Shown: piece after piece, positions 63,224 through 64,000 of the stretch
Layout: each line of letters starts with the position of its first letter
How positions within the stretch are numbered: the first letter of the stretch is position 1
From: Candidatus Aenigmatarchaeota archaeon
GTDB lineage: Archaea; Aenigmatarchaeota; Aenigmatarchaeia; QMZS01
Direction: 5' to 3'
Assembly (NCBI GenBank): GCA_023134135.1
Contig: JAGLVB010000005.1
Coordinates: forward strand, 19,715-83,714
DNA: 64,000 bases
Notes under the pieces: generated by a model
Seen by the model: only the letters and a program-made list of their open reading frames with translations
The model's database searches: none
Told to the model about the DNA's origin: nothing
Position numbers and translations under genes: made by a program

Positions 63224-64000
63224 TTACAACTTTTCAATTAATCCAAAAAGATTGGTGCATATTACTTTGCATCCATCAATTATTTCTTCTCTTTCTTCAC
63301 CTTTATGAAAAACAACAAAAGCGGTTTTTGGTTTATATTTTGCTATAAATGATTTCAAACTTTTGTTAATTTTGACGGAAGTCTTAACCTCTATAGGTAT
63401 AATTTCTCCTTCTTTCTCTATTATAAAATCAACCTCTGCTTTTGCTTTTGTGCTCCAGTATTTCACTGAGAAATTCTTTTTTAATAGCTCCATCAAAACA
63501 AGATTTTCAAGTATTTTATCTTCCGGCTCTGAATTAAAATTCTTTATAATGCTGTTTCTCAACCCAACATCTATGAAATAAATTTTCGGTCTTTTTGTAA
63601 TCTCCTTGAGTTTATTTGTGTAAAATGGGGGCACAGTTTTGATAACATAACTTTTTTCCAATGCATCAAGATATTTTTTTAAGGTAATAAAAGAGATATC
63701 TAATTTAGAGGATAATTTTTCATAAGATACAATATTTCCCAATCCGACTGCTAAATAATTGAGTAATTTTTCCAAACTGCCCATGTCTTCTATTGAGAAA
63801 GTTTGCATCACATCTTTTAAAATCAAGGTTTCTTTAAGATTATTAAGAATATCCTTTCTAATTTCAAAATCTTCTTCCAATACAACTTTTGGATAACCGC
63901 CATAGTTGGCGTATTCCCAAATAACTCTTTCTTTAATTTTTTCAGTCATTTCTTTCAGTTTTTTTGCTCTCAGAATTTCATGAAGGGAAAAAGGAAAAAG
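63224..64000 (-). CDS. AAA-type ATPase with DUF4143-like C-terminus (COG1373 family), N-terminus outside window
   Basis: The frame stays open upstream of the listed Met to the window edge (…LFPFSLHEILRAKKLKEMTEK…). This aligns with IYPFSFREFL in the paralogue 22729..24009. GGYPKV motif present. Confidence 0.7.
   Translation of the reverse strand, partial: LFPFSLHEILRAKKLKEMTEKIKERVIWEYANYGGYPKVVLEEDFEIRKDILNNLKETLILKDVMQTFSIEDMGSLEKLLNYLAVGLGNIVSYEKLSSKLDISFITLKKYLDALEKSYVIKTVPPFYTNKLKEITKRPKIYFIDVGLRNSIIKNFNSEPEDKILENLVLMELLKKNFSVKYWSTKAKAEVDFIIEKEGEIIPIEVKTSVKINKSLKSFIAKYKPKTAFVVFHKGEEREEIIDGCKVICTNLFGLIEKL

Overview
This is a gene-dense, very AT-rich archaeal chromosomal segment with about 80 genes. 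I recognised no rRNA, CRISPR array, transposase or integrase.

Housekeeping genes are clearly archaeal:
- Translation and ribosome: aIF5A, SUI1/aIF1, ribosomal proteins uS3, eS19, eL40 and uL29.
- RNA processing and modification: RNase P proteins Rpp21, Rpp30 and Pop5, Kae1, Trm1, and a Trm5-like/Taw3 pair.
- Replication and repair: RadB, a fused PriS-PriL primase and a RecJ/GAN-like DHH phosphoesterase.
- Membrane: a DUF106 (YidC/Oxa1-like) protein.

The compact proteins, lysine-rich tails, fused primase and many surface proteins suggest a small-genome DPANN-like archaeon. That placement is inference only.

The largest accessory block (about 6.8-22.6 kb) is an Epd/Tad-like type IV filament locus. 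It contains:
- a FlaI/VirB11-type ATPase;
- two single-domain platform genes;
- a CBS protein;
- four or five pilin-like genes with class III signal peptides, one of them a 902-aa vWA protein with a 96-aa insert holding 23 cysteines;
- a 1213-aa beta-helix/PKD adhesin and a cohesin-like protein;
- two tandem major-pilin paralogues whose 5' ends are identical.

Other content:
- a glycosyltransferase cluster (0.2-4.5 kb);
- a secreted PLD-like protein next to a lamin-tail-domain protein;
- a MinD-ferredoxin x2 plus NifX-like cluster;
- HEPN/MNT modules, one two-gene and one fused;
- a NitT/TauT-type ABC transporter with duplicated binding proteins.

Three items are not in the ORF track:
- a tRNA-Ala(CGC) with a 91-nt bulge-helix-bulge intron plus 13 extra nt in the T-loop (36009-36185);
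- a 59-aa eL40 gene (48735-48914);
- a 226-bp intergenic array of AGTTCAC motifs (53274-53499) close to the primase and RecJ-like genes.

All functional calls come from motif recognition by eye. No database search was run.
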